Below the pieces are notes generated by a model. It did not search any database. It saw nothing but the letters and a program-made list of their open reading frames with translations, and had not been told where the DNA came from. A program made the translations under genes and the position numbers. Positions 17,844 to 28,279 of a DNA stretch of 44,348 nt are shown here, one piece after another (within the stretch, counting starts at the first letter, position 1; each line of letters starts with the position of its first letter). The stretch is from Candidatus Aminicenantales bacterium (GTDB lineage: Bacteria > Acidobacteriota > Aminicenantia > Aminicenantales > Saccharicenantaceae): contig JBEKXF010000026.1 in the NCBI GenBank assembly GCA_049512315.1, forward strand, positions 1 through 44,348. Direction: 5' to 3'.

Positions 17844-20743
17844 AATGCCCGAAGTGTCACACCGATAATCCCGACACGTCACGGTTTTGCGCCAACTGTG
17901 CAACCTCACTGACTTCGGCTAAGGCCGTCTCTCCTTCCCTCACGAAAACTCTGCAATCGCCCACATATGTTGTCACCCCCGGGACTGTTATCGCTGGCCA
18001 TTATGAGGTCCAGGAAAAGCTTGGCCAGGGCGGAATGGGCGAAGTTTATCGGGCTCTCGACAAGAATCTCGGCCGGCAGGTGGCCATCAAGATCCTGCCG
18101 GAGGAGTTTTCGACGGACCCGGAGAGGTTGGCCAGGTTCGAGCGTGAGGCCAAGCTTCTGGCGACGCTAAATCATCCCAATATCGCTGCCGTCTATGGTT
18201 TCGAAGAAGCGAAGGGGCTCCGATTTCTTGTGCTGGAGCTCGTGGACGGAGAAACCCTGCAAACGCGGCTTATTAGAGGGCCCTTGCCCATGGACGAGGC
18301 GCTGGAGACGTGCCGGCAGGTCGCCGAGGGGCTTGAAGCCGCCCATGAGAGGGGAGTCGTCCATCGGGATCTGAAGCCTGGCAACATCATGATCACGCCC
18401 GAGGGCAAGGTCAAAATCCTGGACTTCGGATTGGCCAAGGCCTATGCGAGTGAGACGTCGGGCATCGACATCGCGAATTCGCCGACGATCACGGCCCAGA
18501 TGACCGGGCCGGGCATCATCCTAGGCACGGCAGCCTATATGAGTCCGGAGCAGGCGCGTGGGCGGGCGGTGGACAAGCGGGCCGATATCTGGGCCTTCGG
18601 TTGCGTGCTGTTTGAGTGCCTGTCCGGCAAGAGAGCGTTTCAGGGCGACACAATTACCGAGACACTGGCTGCGATTCTGAAGGGTGAACCGGACTGGACG
18701 GCTCTCCCGGCAGAGACTCTTCCGTCTGTGCGGGCCGTGTTGAGGCGGTGCCTCCAGAAAGACACCCACGTCCGTCTCCACGACATGGCCGATGCCCGGG
18801 TGGAAATGCTGGAGGATCTCTCTGGATTCATGGAGGCGATCCCCGTTGACCGACGATTCCCACTCCGATGGGTTCTATCAATAAGCGCAGCAACCCTTGT
18901 GACCGGACTTCTGGCCGGCCCGATGATCATGAAATTCTTAGGCCCCGCAACATCGCCAGTATCCAAGCCTATCATGCGTTCGGTTATCAAGTTGGAGCAG
19001 GGGCGCTATCTCTCTGGATATCTATTAAGTGCTCCGTTCGGATTTGATCGTCCGACTCGGACCGCGATGGCCATCTCGAGCGATGGTCGCTTCATCGTTT
19101 ATGCGGCTATCAAGGCGGATCGCGGCCCCCAGGACAAGTCTTGCCTGTACCTTCGGAGACTCGACGAGCTGGAGGCCAAGCCCATCGCCGGAACGGAAGG
19201 CGACGTCAATAATCCGTTCCTTTCGCCCGATGACCGATGGGTGGGATTCTTTAACGACTACAAGCTGATGAAGGTTTCGATCGAGGGCGGAGTTCCGGCC
19301 GCCCTATGCGATGTCTCCATGCCGTTCGGGTTCAGTTGGGGGGACGATAATCAGATCGTCTTTGCGTCGGCTAGAGGCGCTGGGCTCAGCAGGGTTCCCG
19401 CCGAGGGCGGCAAGCCGGAGACATTGACCGTGCCTGATAACTCAAAAGGGGAATTCGCCCACCGGCTTCCCTTTTGTCTGCCCGGGAGGAAGGGAATTCT
19501 GTTCACCATTATGCGACATGCCTGGGACAAGGAGCCCCGTGTTGCCGTGCTGGAACTCGGTTCCCGAAAATGGCGTGTACTGCTTGAAGATGCCGCAGAT
19601 GCTCGATATACCACAACCGGCCATCTCGCCTTCCTCCGGAGAGGGGCGCTTATGGTCGTCCGTTTCGATTTGGATCGACTCGAAGTCATCGGCCAGCCCG
19701 TCCCCGCCGTCGCGAACATTGAGCAGGCGCTCAATACCACGAATTCCTCCCGGGACGCCGGCGCCGGCCAATTTTGCATCTCCACGTCGGGAGCGTTGGT
19801 TTATGCGGCGGGGGGGATCCTCCCGGACCAGGAGAACTCACTCGTTTTACTGGACCGTGAGGGGAAGGCCGAACCCGTCGCATCGTTCAAAGCTCCATTC
19901 TATGCTCCCCGGTTTTCGCCTGATGGTCAGCGGATCGTCTACGCGAGCCTGGGAATGGAAGGGCACATCTGGGTCCTCGATTTGAATCGAGGCACGGCCT
20001 CGAAGCTGACCTCCGAAGGTATGTCGGAGCTTGCGGCGTGGACTCCGGATGGCCGGCGAGTTGTTTTTGACTGGCTGAACACGGGAGTCCCCAATATCTA
20101 CTGGCAGCCTGTCGATGGAAGCTCGCCGATGGAGCGGCTCACACAGGGCGAGTACTTTCAGTGGCCCGGATCCTGGACTCCCGATGGAAAAACGCTGGCT
20201 TTTGTGGAAGACCACGCGGACACGGAGACCGGATATGATATCCAGCTCTTTAATGTCCGTGACCGGCGGGTCACGCCGTTTCTTAACTCGCGCTTCAGTG
20301 AAAGGTATCCGGAGATCTCACCCGACGGGCATTGGATCGCCTATGTGTCTGACGAGTCAGGCCGCGACGAAGTCTATGTCCAACCGTTCCCCGGCCCTGG
20401 GGGTAAGTGGCAGATCTCCAACGAGGGCGGCGCGGAACCCCTCTGGTCACGGGATAGCCGACAGCTGTTCTATCGGCAGAGTTGGTCTCAGCGCGAGAAC
20501 CAGGTCTCTGTAGCTGACGTCCGGACCGGCCCCGTCTTTTCCGCCGGCAAGCCCCGTCTTTTGTTTACGGCGCAGGACTATGTCGGCATGGGTCAAATCC
20601 GCTCCTGGGACATCTCTCCCGACGGAAAGCACTTCCTGGTGGTGAAAATGGAAGAAAGGAAGTCCCGGCCCTTGACCGAGTTGGTCCTCGTCCAGAACTG
20701 GTTCGAAGAACTCAAGCGGCTTGTCCCAACGGGCAAGAAATAG
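17840..20743 (+). CDS. Zinc-ribbon Ser/Thr protein kinase with PD40/TolB-like beta-propeller (K3)
   Basis: Kinase motifs; repeated SPDG/TPDG propeller motifs; VQNWFEELKR tail. Confidence 0.95.
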   Translation: MKCPKCHTDNPDTSRFCANCATSLTSAKAVSPSLTKTLQSPTYVVTPGTVIAGHYEVQEKLGQGGMGEVYRALDKNLGRQVAIKILPEEFSTDPERLARFEREAKLLATLNHPNIAAVYGFEEAKGLRFLVLELVDGETLQTRLIRGPLPMDEALETCRQVAEGLEAAHERGVVHRDLKPGNIMITPEGKVKILDFGLAKAYASETSGIDIANSPTITAQMTGPGIILGTAAYMSPEQARGRAVDKRADIWAFGCVLFECLSGKRAFQGDTITETLAAILKGEPDWTALPAETLPSVRAVLRRCLQKDTHVRLHDMADARVEMLEDLSGFMEAIPVDRRFPLRWVLSISAATLVTGLLAGPMIMKFLGPATSPVSKPIMRSVIKLEQGRYLSGYLLSAPFGFDRPTRTAMAISSDGRFIVYAAIKADRGPQDKSCLYLRRLDELEAKPIAGTEGDVNNPFLSPDDRWVGFFNDYKLMKVSIEGGVPAALCDVSMPFGFSWGDDNQIVFASARGAGLSRVPAEGGKPETLTVPDNSKGEFAHRLPFCLPGRKGILFTIMRHAWDKEPRVAVLELGSRKWRVLLEDAADARYTTTGHLAFLRRGALMVVRFDLDRLEVIGQPVPAVANIEQALNTTNSSRDAGAGQFCISTSGALVYAAGGILPDQENSLVLLDREGKAEPVASFKAPFYAPRFSPDGQRIVYASLGMEGHIWVLDLNRGTASKLTSEGMSELAAWTPDGRRVVFDWLNTGVPNIYWQPVDGSSPMERLTQGEYFQWPGSWTPDGKTLAFVEDHADTETGYDIQLFNVRDRRVTPFLNSRFSERYPEISPDGHWIAYVSDESGRDEVYVQPFPGPGGKWQISNEGGAEPLWSRDSRQLFYRQSWSQRENQVSVADVRTGPVFSAGKPRLLFTAQDYVGMGQIRSWDISPDGKHFLVVKMEERKSRPLTELVLVQNWFEELKRLVPTGKK

Positions 20744-20747
20744 TTTT

Positions 20748-20936
20748 GGCAGACTCCTCCCCGTGTAACAGCCATGTCACAAAAAATGCTTAAACGCGCT
20801 TAATCCTGACTAAAGGTGCGTAAAGGAAAACAAAACAATTCCCCCTGGAAATTGGGTTTTCCCCATATGGCCAGGAGGGTGGAGCGTTGGACTCCGGATC
20901 CAAAATTCGAAGGTTTGAATCCTCTCTGGCATGCCA
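20748..20936 (+). repeat. att-like direct repeat: arm region plus degenerate tRNA-Arg(CCG) 3' fragment
   Basis: Near-identical to 21737-21925 (period 989 bp); tRNA part 20880-20936. Confidence 0.9.
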
Positions 20937-21047
20937 TTCTTTTACAGCTACCTCACCCATCGGGACCTCATCACCCCGACCCTGATGTTGACAGGATGGT
21001 TCATTCGCGTCCATAATAATATTATCAAGTTTGAGGGAAGGTTTGGA

Positions 21048-21626
21048 ATGAAAAATACAGGTACAAGTTTCCTTTTTATCCCCCTGATTCTCATGAGCGT
21101 CGTGTTGGCTCCGAATTGCGCGACGATCATTCAACGGAGCATGCAAAGAATCCCGGTGACGTCTTCTCCCGTTGGCGCCGCGGTCACTGTCGACGGCCAG
21201 AAACAAGGTGTGACTCCGCTCGATATATATCTGTCCAGGCAGGAGAAGGGTCAGGTTATTCGGATCGAATCCCCAGGATATAATTCCTTCGAAATCCACG
21301 TTAAGCGCAGGCTGTCGGGAGCCCCGATCCTCGGTAACGTCCTCCTCGGAGGGCTCGCCGGACTTAGCGCGACTGCGATCTATGGGCTGAGTCGCGGGAT
21401 TTTTTGGGCCAATAACAGAACCGCAAATTTGATCTTTGTCGTCGGTGGCGTAGTGTCCTTTGGAGTCTGTATGCTCATCGATGCCGCCGGTAAAGGATAC
21501 ACGCTGACGCCGACCGAACTCACGGTGACTTTGACTAAGGTCGACGGGCCGCCCCGAGTCGATATGGTTCTCGTCGACGCCGGCGACTTTCGAAACGTCA
21601 AGTGGATCCGAATCCGTAAAGATTGA
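21048..21626 (+). CDS. PEGA-domain (lipo)protein
   Basis: Signal ending in C; VTSSPVGAAVTVDG..GVTP PEGA motif; two hydrophobic segments. Confidence 0.8.
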   Translation: MKNTGTSFLFIPLILMSVVLAPNCATIIQRSMQRIPVTSSPVGAAVTVDGQKQGVTPLDIYLSRQEKGQVIRIESPGYNSFEIHVKRRLSGAPILGNVLLGGLAGLSATAIYGLSRGIFWANNRTANLIFVVGGVVSFGVCMLIDAAGKGYTLTPTELTVTLTKVDGPPRVDMVLVDAGDFRNVKWIRIRKD

Positions 21627-21736
21627 GCGCCCGGGCAGTTGGCCTCCTCCGCGGGTCTCCTTATCAAGCTGCCCTTCAGCTCGGGCAACCGCTGGCATGC
21701 AGCCGTGGCTGCTGAAATGCAGGGCTTGCTTTCAAG

Positions 21737-21925
21737 GGCAGACCTCTCCTCGTGTCACAGCCATGTCACAAAAAATGCTTAAACGCGCTTAATTCTGACT
21801 AAAGGTGCGTAAAGGAAAACAAGACATTTCCCCCTGGAAATCGGGTTTTCCCCATATGCCCAGAAGGGTAGAGCGTTGGACTCCGGATCCAAAGGTCGGA
21901 GGTTCGAATCCTCTCAGGCACGCCA
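21737..21925 (+). repeat. att-like direct repeat: arm region plus tRNA-Arg(CCG) 3' fragment
   Basis: TGTCACA x2 at 11-bp spacing followed by the tRNA 3' part. Confidence 0.9.
21869..21925 (+). tRNA. tRNA-Arg(CCG) 3' fragment (5'-truncated)
   Basis: Anticodon arm ttgga-ctCCGga-tccaa, T-arm with GGTTCGAATCC, acceptor strand ending CCA; the 5' acceptor strand is absent. Confidence 0.85.
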
Positions 21926-22221
21926 TCGATTTTCCCCCGAGAAACTCGAGAAGATTCCGCCAAATCGGGATCATAAAGCCCCGAATCCGATATGAGCTTG
22001 AATGAGGGGGAATTAGCACCAGATAGCCCCAGACACGATAAGAATCTTGAGCCTCCATTTTTTCGGATCCCGGACTTTCCCGGCTCTCCAGGATCCGGCG
22101 TTTTCAGTCCATTTTGGCACGCCACAGTCACACGGGCGGCACACGGGGAACGGATGGTCGGGGAGTTGCTTTTTATCTTAAATTAATATTTAATTATGGC
22201 ATCTGCGAATAGGAGGGAGAA

Positions 22222-22422
22222 ATGGATACCCCTCGTACCTTTAACGCTACCCAAGAAATCGACCCTGAACGGATTGAAGAATTATACGCACTGCTCGGGC
22301 TGGATGATGAAAAAAAGCGAGAACCGTTTCTGGCGTTCTACGAGTCTCAGCAGAAGCCGGAAGATGTTAGGTGCATTTGGACCTCCGATAGCGTGCGGTC
22401 GGCTGCAATCGAAGGGGACTAA
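22222..22422 (+). CDS. Small acidic hypothetical protein
   Basis: RBS ggagggag; ends 2 nt before the protease ATG. Confidence 0.6.
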   Translation: MDTPRTFNATQEIDPERIEELYALLGLDDEKKREPFLAFYESQQKPEDVRCIWTSDSVRSAAIEGD

Positions 22423-22424
22423 GG

Positions 22425-23336
22425 ATGCCCAACTGGAGCGGACTTCTTAATAATATCAAGGCGCTGGGGAGCGTTAATGACGTTCTCCGACGTAAATACC
22501 TCAAAGAACTATCAGAAAAAACGAAAAGAAACACAATAATCTACTACAGCGGCTGGCTACAAAAACCAGGGGTTCCATTCGCTCTGATTAACGACGATGA
22601 CAAGAACGGATTCATGGCGACGATCAATAAACTTGATAGGTCGCTCGGTCTCGATTTGATTTTACATACCCCCGGCGGCGAGACAGCTGCCACTGAATCT
22701 ATAGTCGATTATTTGAGACAGATGTTTGGAACTAACATCAGGGCAATCGTGCCTCAACTTGCCATGTCGGGCGGAACCATGATTGCTTGTGCGTGCAAGT
22801 CAATATTAATGGGTAAAGAATCGAGTTTGGGACCCGTAGACCCACAACTGAATGGGATTCCGGCGCATGGAGTGATTGAGGAATTCACGAGAGCACATCA
22901 AGAAATCAGGGCGGATCCTTCAAAAATCCCAGTGTGGCAGCCGATTATTGCCAAATACCCACCGGCATTTATTGGAGAATGCCAAAAGGCCATAACGTGG
23001 TCTGTTCAACTCCTGCAGGATTGGCTGAAGACAGGGATGTTCCAAGGCGAAGCCAACCCAGATGCGAAAATCGGCGGGATTGCACGTGAATTGACCGACC
23101 ACGCCCTTACGTTATCTCATGCTCGGCATCTCTCGGCTGAAAAATGTGTAGCGATGGGCTTAAAAGTTGAGATGCTTGAGAGTGACCAGCAACTTCAGGA
23201 TGCCGTGCTCAGCGTTCACCATGCTTGTATGTTAACACTCTCCCAGACGTCTGCTGTGAAGATGATCGAAAATCAAGAAGGCACCGCATTTATTCAACAG
23301 GTTCAAATTCAACAAATCCAGGTTCCGGGTAGATAA
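22425..23336 (+). CDS. SDH-family (S49-like) Clp-fold serine protease
   Basis: LDLILHTPGG, AMSGGTMIA, SSLGPVDPQ, SHARH. Confidence 0.88.
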   Translation: MPNWSGLLNNIKALGSVNDVLRRKYLKELSEKTKRNTIIYYSGWLQKPGVPFALINDDDKNGFMATINKLDRSLGLDLILHTPGGETAATESIVDYLRQMFGTNIRAIVPQLAMSGGTMIACACKSILMGKESSLGPVDPQLNGIPAHGVIEEFTRAHQEIRADPSKIPVWQPIIAKYPPAFIGECQKAITWSVQLLQDWLKTGMFQGEANPDAKIGGIARELTDHALTLSHARHLSAEKCVAMGLKVEMLESDQQLQDAVLSVHHACMLTLSQTSAVKMIENQEGTAFIQQVQIQQIQVPGR

Positions 23337-23542
23337 CCCCCTGGATTCGCTATCCAGAGGTCAACCCTGGACGAAAAGACTTGATGTCGAGAATCCTGTC
23401 GAGGTGGATCCGGTCGTCCAGGGTGACGAAGGACGGGTGCTCTCAGGCCGGGGAGGGTCAGAGGCTGGGCCCTCCGTTGCGCCAGAGGACGCGGTTCGGC
23501 AATCGGGGCAGACCCCCGCGCTGTAAATGTCTATGCGCCCTC

Positions 23543-23740
23543 AAAAAATTGAGCAGAGATTGAGCAAACTCTTGCTCAAAAGAGCTCAGTCTAGCCTAAA
23601 CGTGATAAAACCATCAAGATCGTTAAATGCAAGAAAAATAGGCCGGGTGCGGTCCAACAGGGGAGAATCAGTCGCTGCTGATTTCTTCTGAGATCGTTTT
23701 TGAAGTCCGGAGGGATCACCGGATCCCTCACCCTCCCGTC
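23543..23740 (+). repeat. att-like direct repeat: arm region plus tRNA-Sec 5' half
   Basis: Aligns with 27129-27327 (period about 3586 bp). Confidence 0.85.
23699..23737 (-). tRNA. selC: tRNA-Sec(UCA) 5' half, truncated at the end of the anticodon loop
   Basis: GGGAGGGT-GA-GGGATC-CGGT-GATCCC-T-CCGGA-CTTCAAA fits selC geometry (8-nt acceptor strand, 6-bp D stem, 4-nt D loop, UCA anticodon). Confidence 0.8.
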
Positions 23741-23817
23741 GGAGGGATGATGGTATTGCGTCTCAGAACTAGTGTCAAGGACCGATGTCATCTGCCGCCA
23801 TTCGTCCCAAGCTCGGA

Positions 23818-23847
23818 TTGACTTCCCGCCCATCCCTCTGATAATCT
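23818..23847 (+). promoter_or_regulatory. Kinase promoter
   Basis: TTGACTtcccgcccatccctctgaTAATCT. Confidence 0.7.
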
Positions 23848-23875
23848 GAGCCCAAGCTACAGAAGGGGAACTCGC

Positions 23876-26800
23876 TTGGCCAACAAATGCCCGACCTGTC
23901 ATTCCGACAATCCTGAGACTCTGAAATTCTGCGGGGAGTGCGGCACCCAGCTCCTTCCGCCCCAAAACCATCCTCCGGCCATGACGGAAACCCTTCAGAC
24001 GCCCGTCCACGAGCTCACCTCGGGCTCCACCTTCGCCGGCCGCTACCAGGTGATCGAAGAGCTGGGCCACGGCGGCATGGGCCGGGTCTATAAGGTCTTC
24101 GACACAGACATCAAGGAGAAGATCGCCCTCAAGCTCCTGCGGCCCGAGATCGCGCTCGACAAAGAGACCGTCGAACGCTTCTCGAACGAGCTCAAGCTCG
24201 CCCGGAAGATCAGCCAACGCAACGTCTGCCGGATGTTCGACCTCGGTAAGGCCGAAGGCACGACCTTCATTACCATGGAGTTCGTGCCGGGCGAGGACTT
24301 AAAGAAGTTTATCCGGAAGACGGGCCAGCTCGGGGCGGGCCGAACCGTCTCGATTGCGAAGCAAGTATGCGAGGGATTGGCGGAGGCCCACCACTTCGGG
24401 GTTGTCCATCGCGACCTGAAGCCCCAGAACATCATGGTGGACGAGGACGGGAACGCCCGGATCATGGACTTCGGCATCGCCCGTTCCATCAAGGCTAAAG
24501 GAATCACCGGCGCCGGGGTGATGATCGGGACGCCGGAGTACATGTCGCCGGAGCAGGTCGAGGGGAAGGAGGTTGACCAGCGCTCGGATATCTATTCGCT
24601 GGGGGTCATCCTCTTCGAGATGGTGACGGGCCATGTGCCGTTCGAGGGCGACACGCCTTTTACCATTGGCGTGAAGCACAAGAGCGAGCGGCCCCGGAAC
24701 CCGCGCGAGCTTAATTCCCAGCTTCCCGAGGACCTTAGCCGGGTCATCCTCCGCTGCCTGGAGAAGGATAAAGCCAAGCGCTATCAAACGGCGGGGGAAT
24801 TGCGGGCCGACCTCGAAAAGGTCGAGCAGGGCCTGCCGACGACCGAGCGCGTTATCGCTCCCAAGAAGTCTTTCAGTTCCCGGGAGATCACCGTTAAGTT
24901 CAACCTACGAAAGCTCGCCGTCCCTTTAACAGCCTTCATCGTCCTGGCCGCCGCGGCCGTCATTCTTGTGAAATTCATCCCTCACAAAAAGGCGCCTGCC
25001 GCGCCCAAGATCGAGAACTCCATAGCCGTCATCAGCTTTGAGAATCATACGGGAGATAAAGCCTTCGACTATTTACAAAAGGCCATTCCTGACCTTCTGA
25101 TCACCAGCCTGGAGCGGGAAAACAAGCTCTATGTGGCCACCTGGGAACGGATGCAAGACCTTCTTGAACAGATGGGAAAAAAGAATGTCGAAGTCATCGA
25201 CAGGCCACTCGGTTTTGAACTATGCCGAAAAGAAGGAATCAAGACGATCGTTTTGGGCAGCTACATCAAGGCCGGAGAGACCTTTGCCACAGATGTGAAA
25301 GTGTTGGACGTGGACACCAAGAAACTGCTCAGGAGCTCCAGCTCAAAGGGAGAGGGCGTTTCCAGCATCATCAATAACCAGATCGATGAACTGACCAAGG
25401 AGATCTCCGAGGGCGTAGGCCTGGCGGGAAAAGGCGTTGAACCCGCAGAGAGGTCGATCGCTGATGTCACGACCAGTTCGATGGAAGCTTACAGATATTA
25501 TTTGGAGGGGAGGGAGAATTACCAAAAGACCTATGCCGTTGATGCGCGGATCGCTTTAGAAAAGGCCGTTAAGCTTGATCCGGATTTTGCCATGGCTTAT
25601 TACTTACTCTCTTTGTCAAATGGTTACCTCGGAAATGATGAAGCCCAGGTCGCCGCCCTTAAAAAGGCCAAAGCTTTGTCGCTCAAGGCAACCGAAAAGG
25701 AAAGGCTCTATATCGAGGCGTATTATGCCGACCTCGTAGAAAAAGATTCTGAAAAATGTTTGCGCATCCTCCGGCAGATGGTCGAAAAATATCCCAAGGC
25801 AAAAGGAATATTTTTTAATCTGGGTATTCATTACGTTAATAAGGAAGCCTATGATGAAGCCATAATAGAGTATAATAGAGCCCTGGAGCTCGATCCCAAC
25901 TATGGAATGGCCCATAATAACTTAGGTTTTGTCTATATCGCTACAGGGGATTTTTCAAAGGCGGTTGAGCATCTTCAAAAATACGTGTCCTTGCGTCCGG
26001 GTGAGGCCAATCCGCTTGATTCTCTGGCTGAGGCCTATTTTGATATGGGCCAGCTGGATGAGGCCATAGCGAATTACAAAGAAGCGTTAAAGATAAAATC
26101 TGATTTTTTTAATTCCTGTTTTAGTGTCGGGTACACTTATGCCTTGAAGGCGGACTATGCTGAGGCGCTGAGATGGATGGATAAATTCACCGCCATGGCT
26201 CCTTCTCCGGGGACAAAAAGGGCGGGGTATCTATGGAAAGGGTTTTGCCGCTTCTGGTCGGGGAGTTTGAAGGACGGCGATTTTTACTTTCGTGAAGCCG
26301 AAGAAACGTCAGAACCGGGGTATGTTTGGGGGCGACCGTTCATAAACTGGGTCAAGGCCTTCATTTATTACGACCGGGGAGAGCTGGATCAAAGCCGCAG
26401 GTCTAATGAAGCCTGGCTTAACGATTTTATTAAAGTTTATCCTGAAGACAAATTACACTATCAGGAAGTCTATAAATTCCTATCGGGGCTATTAGAATTA
26501 AAAGCCGGGCATATGGATTCAGCCAAGAATATATTATCAGAGATGAAATCACTCTTTATAAAGATGCCGCCCTGGCGGAAAGAATGGGTGTCGTTCTATA
26601 TCAATTTCCTAAGTGCCGAGTTGGCGATAAAAGCCGGATCCCCCGAAAAGGCTATCGCGGTTTTAAAGGAACAAACACCCTTACGCCCACCAACCCTTAG
26701 TTTTCAAGATTCAACGATGTGGTATAACCTGCCCATCATGAAGGACGTCTTGCCCCGGGCGTATGAGCAGAAAGGCGACATAGACGGAGCCATTGCTGAA

Positions 26801-27016
26801 TATGAGCGGCTGATCACCTTTAACCCCAAGAACCTCTCGCGCTATCTCATCCATCCCAAATACCATTACCGGCTGGCTAAGCTTTACGAACAGAAAGGCC
26901 TGAAGGCGAAAGCGGTCGAGCAATACCAGCGCTTCCTCGACCTCTGGAAGGACGCCGACCCCGGCCTGCCAGAGGTTGCGGATGCTCGGAAGCGGCTGGC
27001 CGGTCTTCAGAATTGA
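23876..27016 (+). CDS. Zinc-ribbon Ser/Thr protein kinase with TM, TolB-N-like domain and TPRs (K4)
   Basis: TTG start; kinase motifs; SIAVISFEN; TPRs; [15 protein letters not shown] tail. Confidence 0.95.
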   Translation: MANKCPTCHSDNPETLKFCGECGTQLLPPQNHPPAMTETLQTPVHELTSGSTFAGRYQVIEELGHGGMGRVYKVFDTDIKEKIALKLLRPEIALDKETVERFSNELKLARKISQRNVCRMFDLGKAEGTTFITMEFVPGEDLKKFIRKTGQLGAGRTVSIAKQVCEGLAEAHHFGVVHRDLKPQNIMVDEDGNARIMDFGIARSIKAKGITGAGVMIGTPEYMSPEQVEGKEVDQRSDIYSLGVILFEMVTGHVPFEGDTPFTIGVKHKSERPRNPRELNSQLPEDLSRVILRCLEKDKAKRYQTAGELRADLEKVEQGLPTTERVIAPKKSFSSREITVKFNLRKLAVPLTAFIVLAAAAVILVKFIPHKKAPAAPKIENSIAVISFENHTGDKAFDYLQKAIPDLLITSLERENKLYVATWERMQDLLEQMGKKNVEVIDRPLGFELCRKEGIKTIVLGSYIKAGETFATDVKVLDVDTKKLLRSSSSKGEGVSSIINNQIDELTKEISEGVGLAGKGVEPAERSIADVTTSSMEAYRYYLEGRENYQKTYAVDARIALEKAVKLDPDFAMAYYLLSLSNGYLGNDEAQVAALKKAKALSLKATEKERLYIEAYYADLVEKDSEKCLRILRQMVEKYPKAKGIFFNLGIHYVNKEAYDEAIIEYNRALELDPNYGMAHNNLGFVYIATGDFSKAVEHLQKYVSLRPGEANPLDSLAEAYFDMGQLDEAIANYKEALKIKSDFFNSCFSVGYTYALKADYAEALRWMDKFTAMAPSPGTKRAGYLWKGFCRFWSGSLKDGDFYFREAEETSEPGYVWGRPFINWVKAFIYYDRGELDQSRRSNEAWLNDFIKVYPEDKLHYQEVYKFLSGLLELKAGHMDSAKNILSEMKSLFIKMPPWRKEWVSFYINFLSAELAIKAGSPEKAIAVLKEQTPLRPPTLSFQDSTMWYNLPIMKDVLPRAYEQKGDIDGAIAEYERLITFNPKNLSRYLIHPKYHYRLAKLYEQKGLKAKAVEQYQRFLDLWKDADPGLPEVADARKRLAGLQN

Positions 27017-27128
27017 TATTGGCGGCTTCGCCCTCCCCGTTGCCTCGACGTCAGTGCAAGGGTAGGATTGGGCCTCGATTCTCCCCAACATAAAGGCGGG
27101 CCACCCCACCATAATTGTCATAGGTCGA

Positions 27129-27327
27129 AAAAAATTGCGCAGAGATTGTGCAGACTCCTGCACAAAATAGCTCAGTCTAGCCTAAACGTGATAAAACCAT
27201 CAAGATCTGTAAATGCAAGAAAAACAAGCCGGATGCGGTCCAACAGGGGAGAATCCACCAGTGCCAATTTCCGCCGGGATCGTTTTTGAAGTCCGGAAGG
27301 CCCACCGGGAACCTTGACCCTCCCGTC
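27129..27327 (+). repeat. att-like direct repeat: arm region plus tRNA-Sec 5' half
   Basis: Aligns with 23543-23740. Confidence 0.85.
27285..27324 (-). tRNA. selC: tRNA-Sec(UCA) 5' half, second allele
   Basis: GGGAGGGT-CA-AGGTTC-CCGGT-GGGCCT-T-CCGGA-CTTCAAA. Confidence 0.75.
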
Positions 27328-27372
27328 TGTAGCGGCTCCAATGCTTTAAAATTTCACTCCACAGATAGTACA

Positions 27373-27459
27373 GGGACTTTATCCTTGAAAAATGGTCCAT
27401 CCATAATGTGAGCTTGAAAATCTCACTTCAGAGGTGGTACGTTGAGCTAGGGCAGGTCA
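27373..27459. mobile_element. About 90-bp palindromic MITE-like unit (two IS3-like ends)
   Basis: Homologous to 41729-41819; ends ggcaggtca. Confidence 0.6.
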
Positions 27460-27460
27460 C

Positions 27461-27595
27461 CTTCGAAAGAAGTGGACCTTCCGCCACAGGGGCTGGGCTA
27501 TGATACACTCCCAGCTGATGATCTATTTTGGCGACCGTTTGGGTGAACGTGCTTAAATGCGAAGAAGGGGTTTACGCAGGATATCTGACACTCCC
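27461..27595 (+). mobile_element. IS256-family 3' remnant (transposase C-terminus plus right IR)
   Basis: LRKKWTFRHRGWAMIHSQLMIYFGDRL* then tttacgcaggatatctgacactccc. Confidence 0.75.
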
Positions 27596-27706
27596 GGGAT
27601 TCAAGCTTAGCAGCGTGTCCTTTTTTCCGGGGGAAGACTACGTCTCATAATGGGGCTCAACAAACCTTGTATCTTTACTGTTGCACTTGGGACATTTATA
27701 CTGGGT

Positions 27707-28279
27707 TTATTTCTTTATCTTCTTCCCTTCCGAAAATGCATCGCCCAAGTATTTACCAATACCATAATAGGTGCGGTTTGCCGGATCAAAGATCATCGGT
27801 TTTATCTTCCCGATGTCAGGCGCTCCGTCTTTCCCTAGCACCGCCTCATCGGCCTTTACATCCTTGATCTCGCCGATAAAGAGCGTATGTGATCCTAATT
27901 TTACAACTTGGATTACGGAGCATTCCAAAATAAATGGGAACTCCTTAACATAAGGGGCATCCACATGGTCGCTTTTTACAGGCGTAAGCTTCGTAGTGGC
28001 AAACTTATCCTCTGTCCTGCCTGAAACAATCCCGAAGTAATCAGCTTCTTTGATAAATTTCTCTGAAGGGATACTTATCGTGAAGGCCTTCCTTGCTATG
28101 ATATTGCCATAGGTATAAGTAGCTTCCCTGATGGAGATTCCGATACAGGGAGGATGTGAACAACAAATACCACCCCAAGCAACGACCATTGCATTCGGCC
28201 TTCCGGATTTATCGTATGATCCTACGACAAAAACAGGCGTTGGAAAAACAGTGGTTTTCGCTCCGATAGGCTTCTTCAT
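27707..28279 (-). CDS. Flavin reductase family protein (flavoredoxin-like)
   Basis: [36 protein letters not shown]. Confidence 0.9.
   Translation of the reverse strand: MKKPIGAKTTVFPTPVFVVGSYDKSGRPNAMVVAWGGICCSHPPCIGISIREATYTYGNIIARKAFTISIPSEKFIKEADYFGIVSGRTEDKFATTKLTPVKSDHVDAPYVKEFPFILECSVIQVVKLGSHTLFIGEIKDVKADEAVLGKDGAPDIGKIKPMIFDPANRTYYGIGKYLGDAFSEGKKIKK

Noticed and set aside
21840..21925. Intact tRNA-Arg gene
   Set aside because: No 5' acceptor strand (GTGCCTG-like) or 5' D-stem upstream; only the 3' part is present. The same holds for all other tRNA hits.
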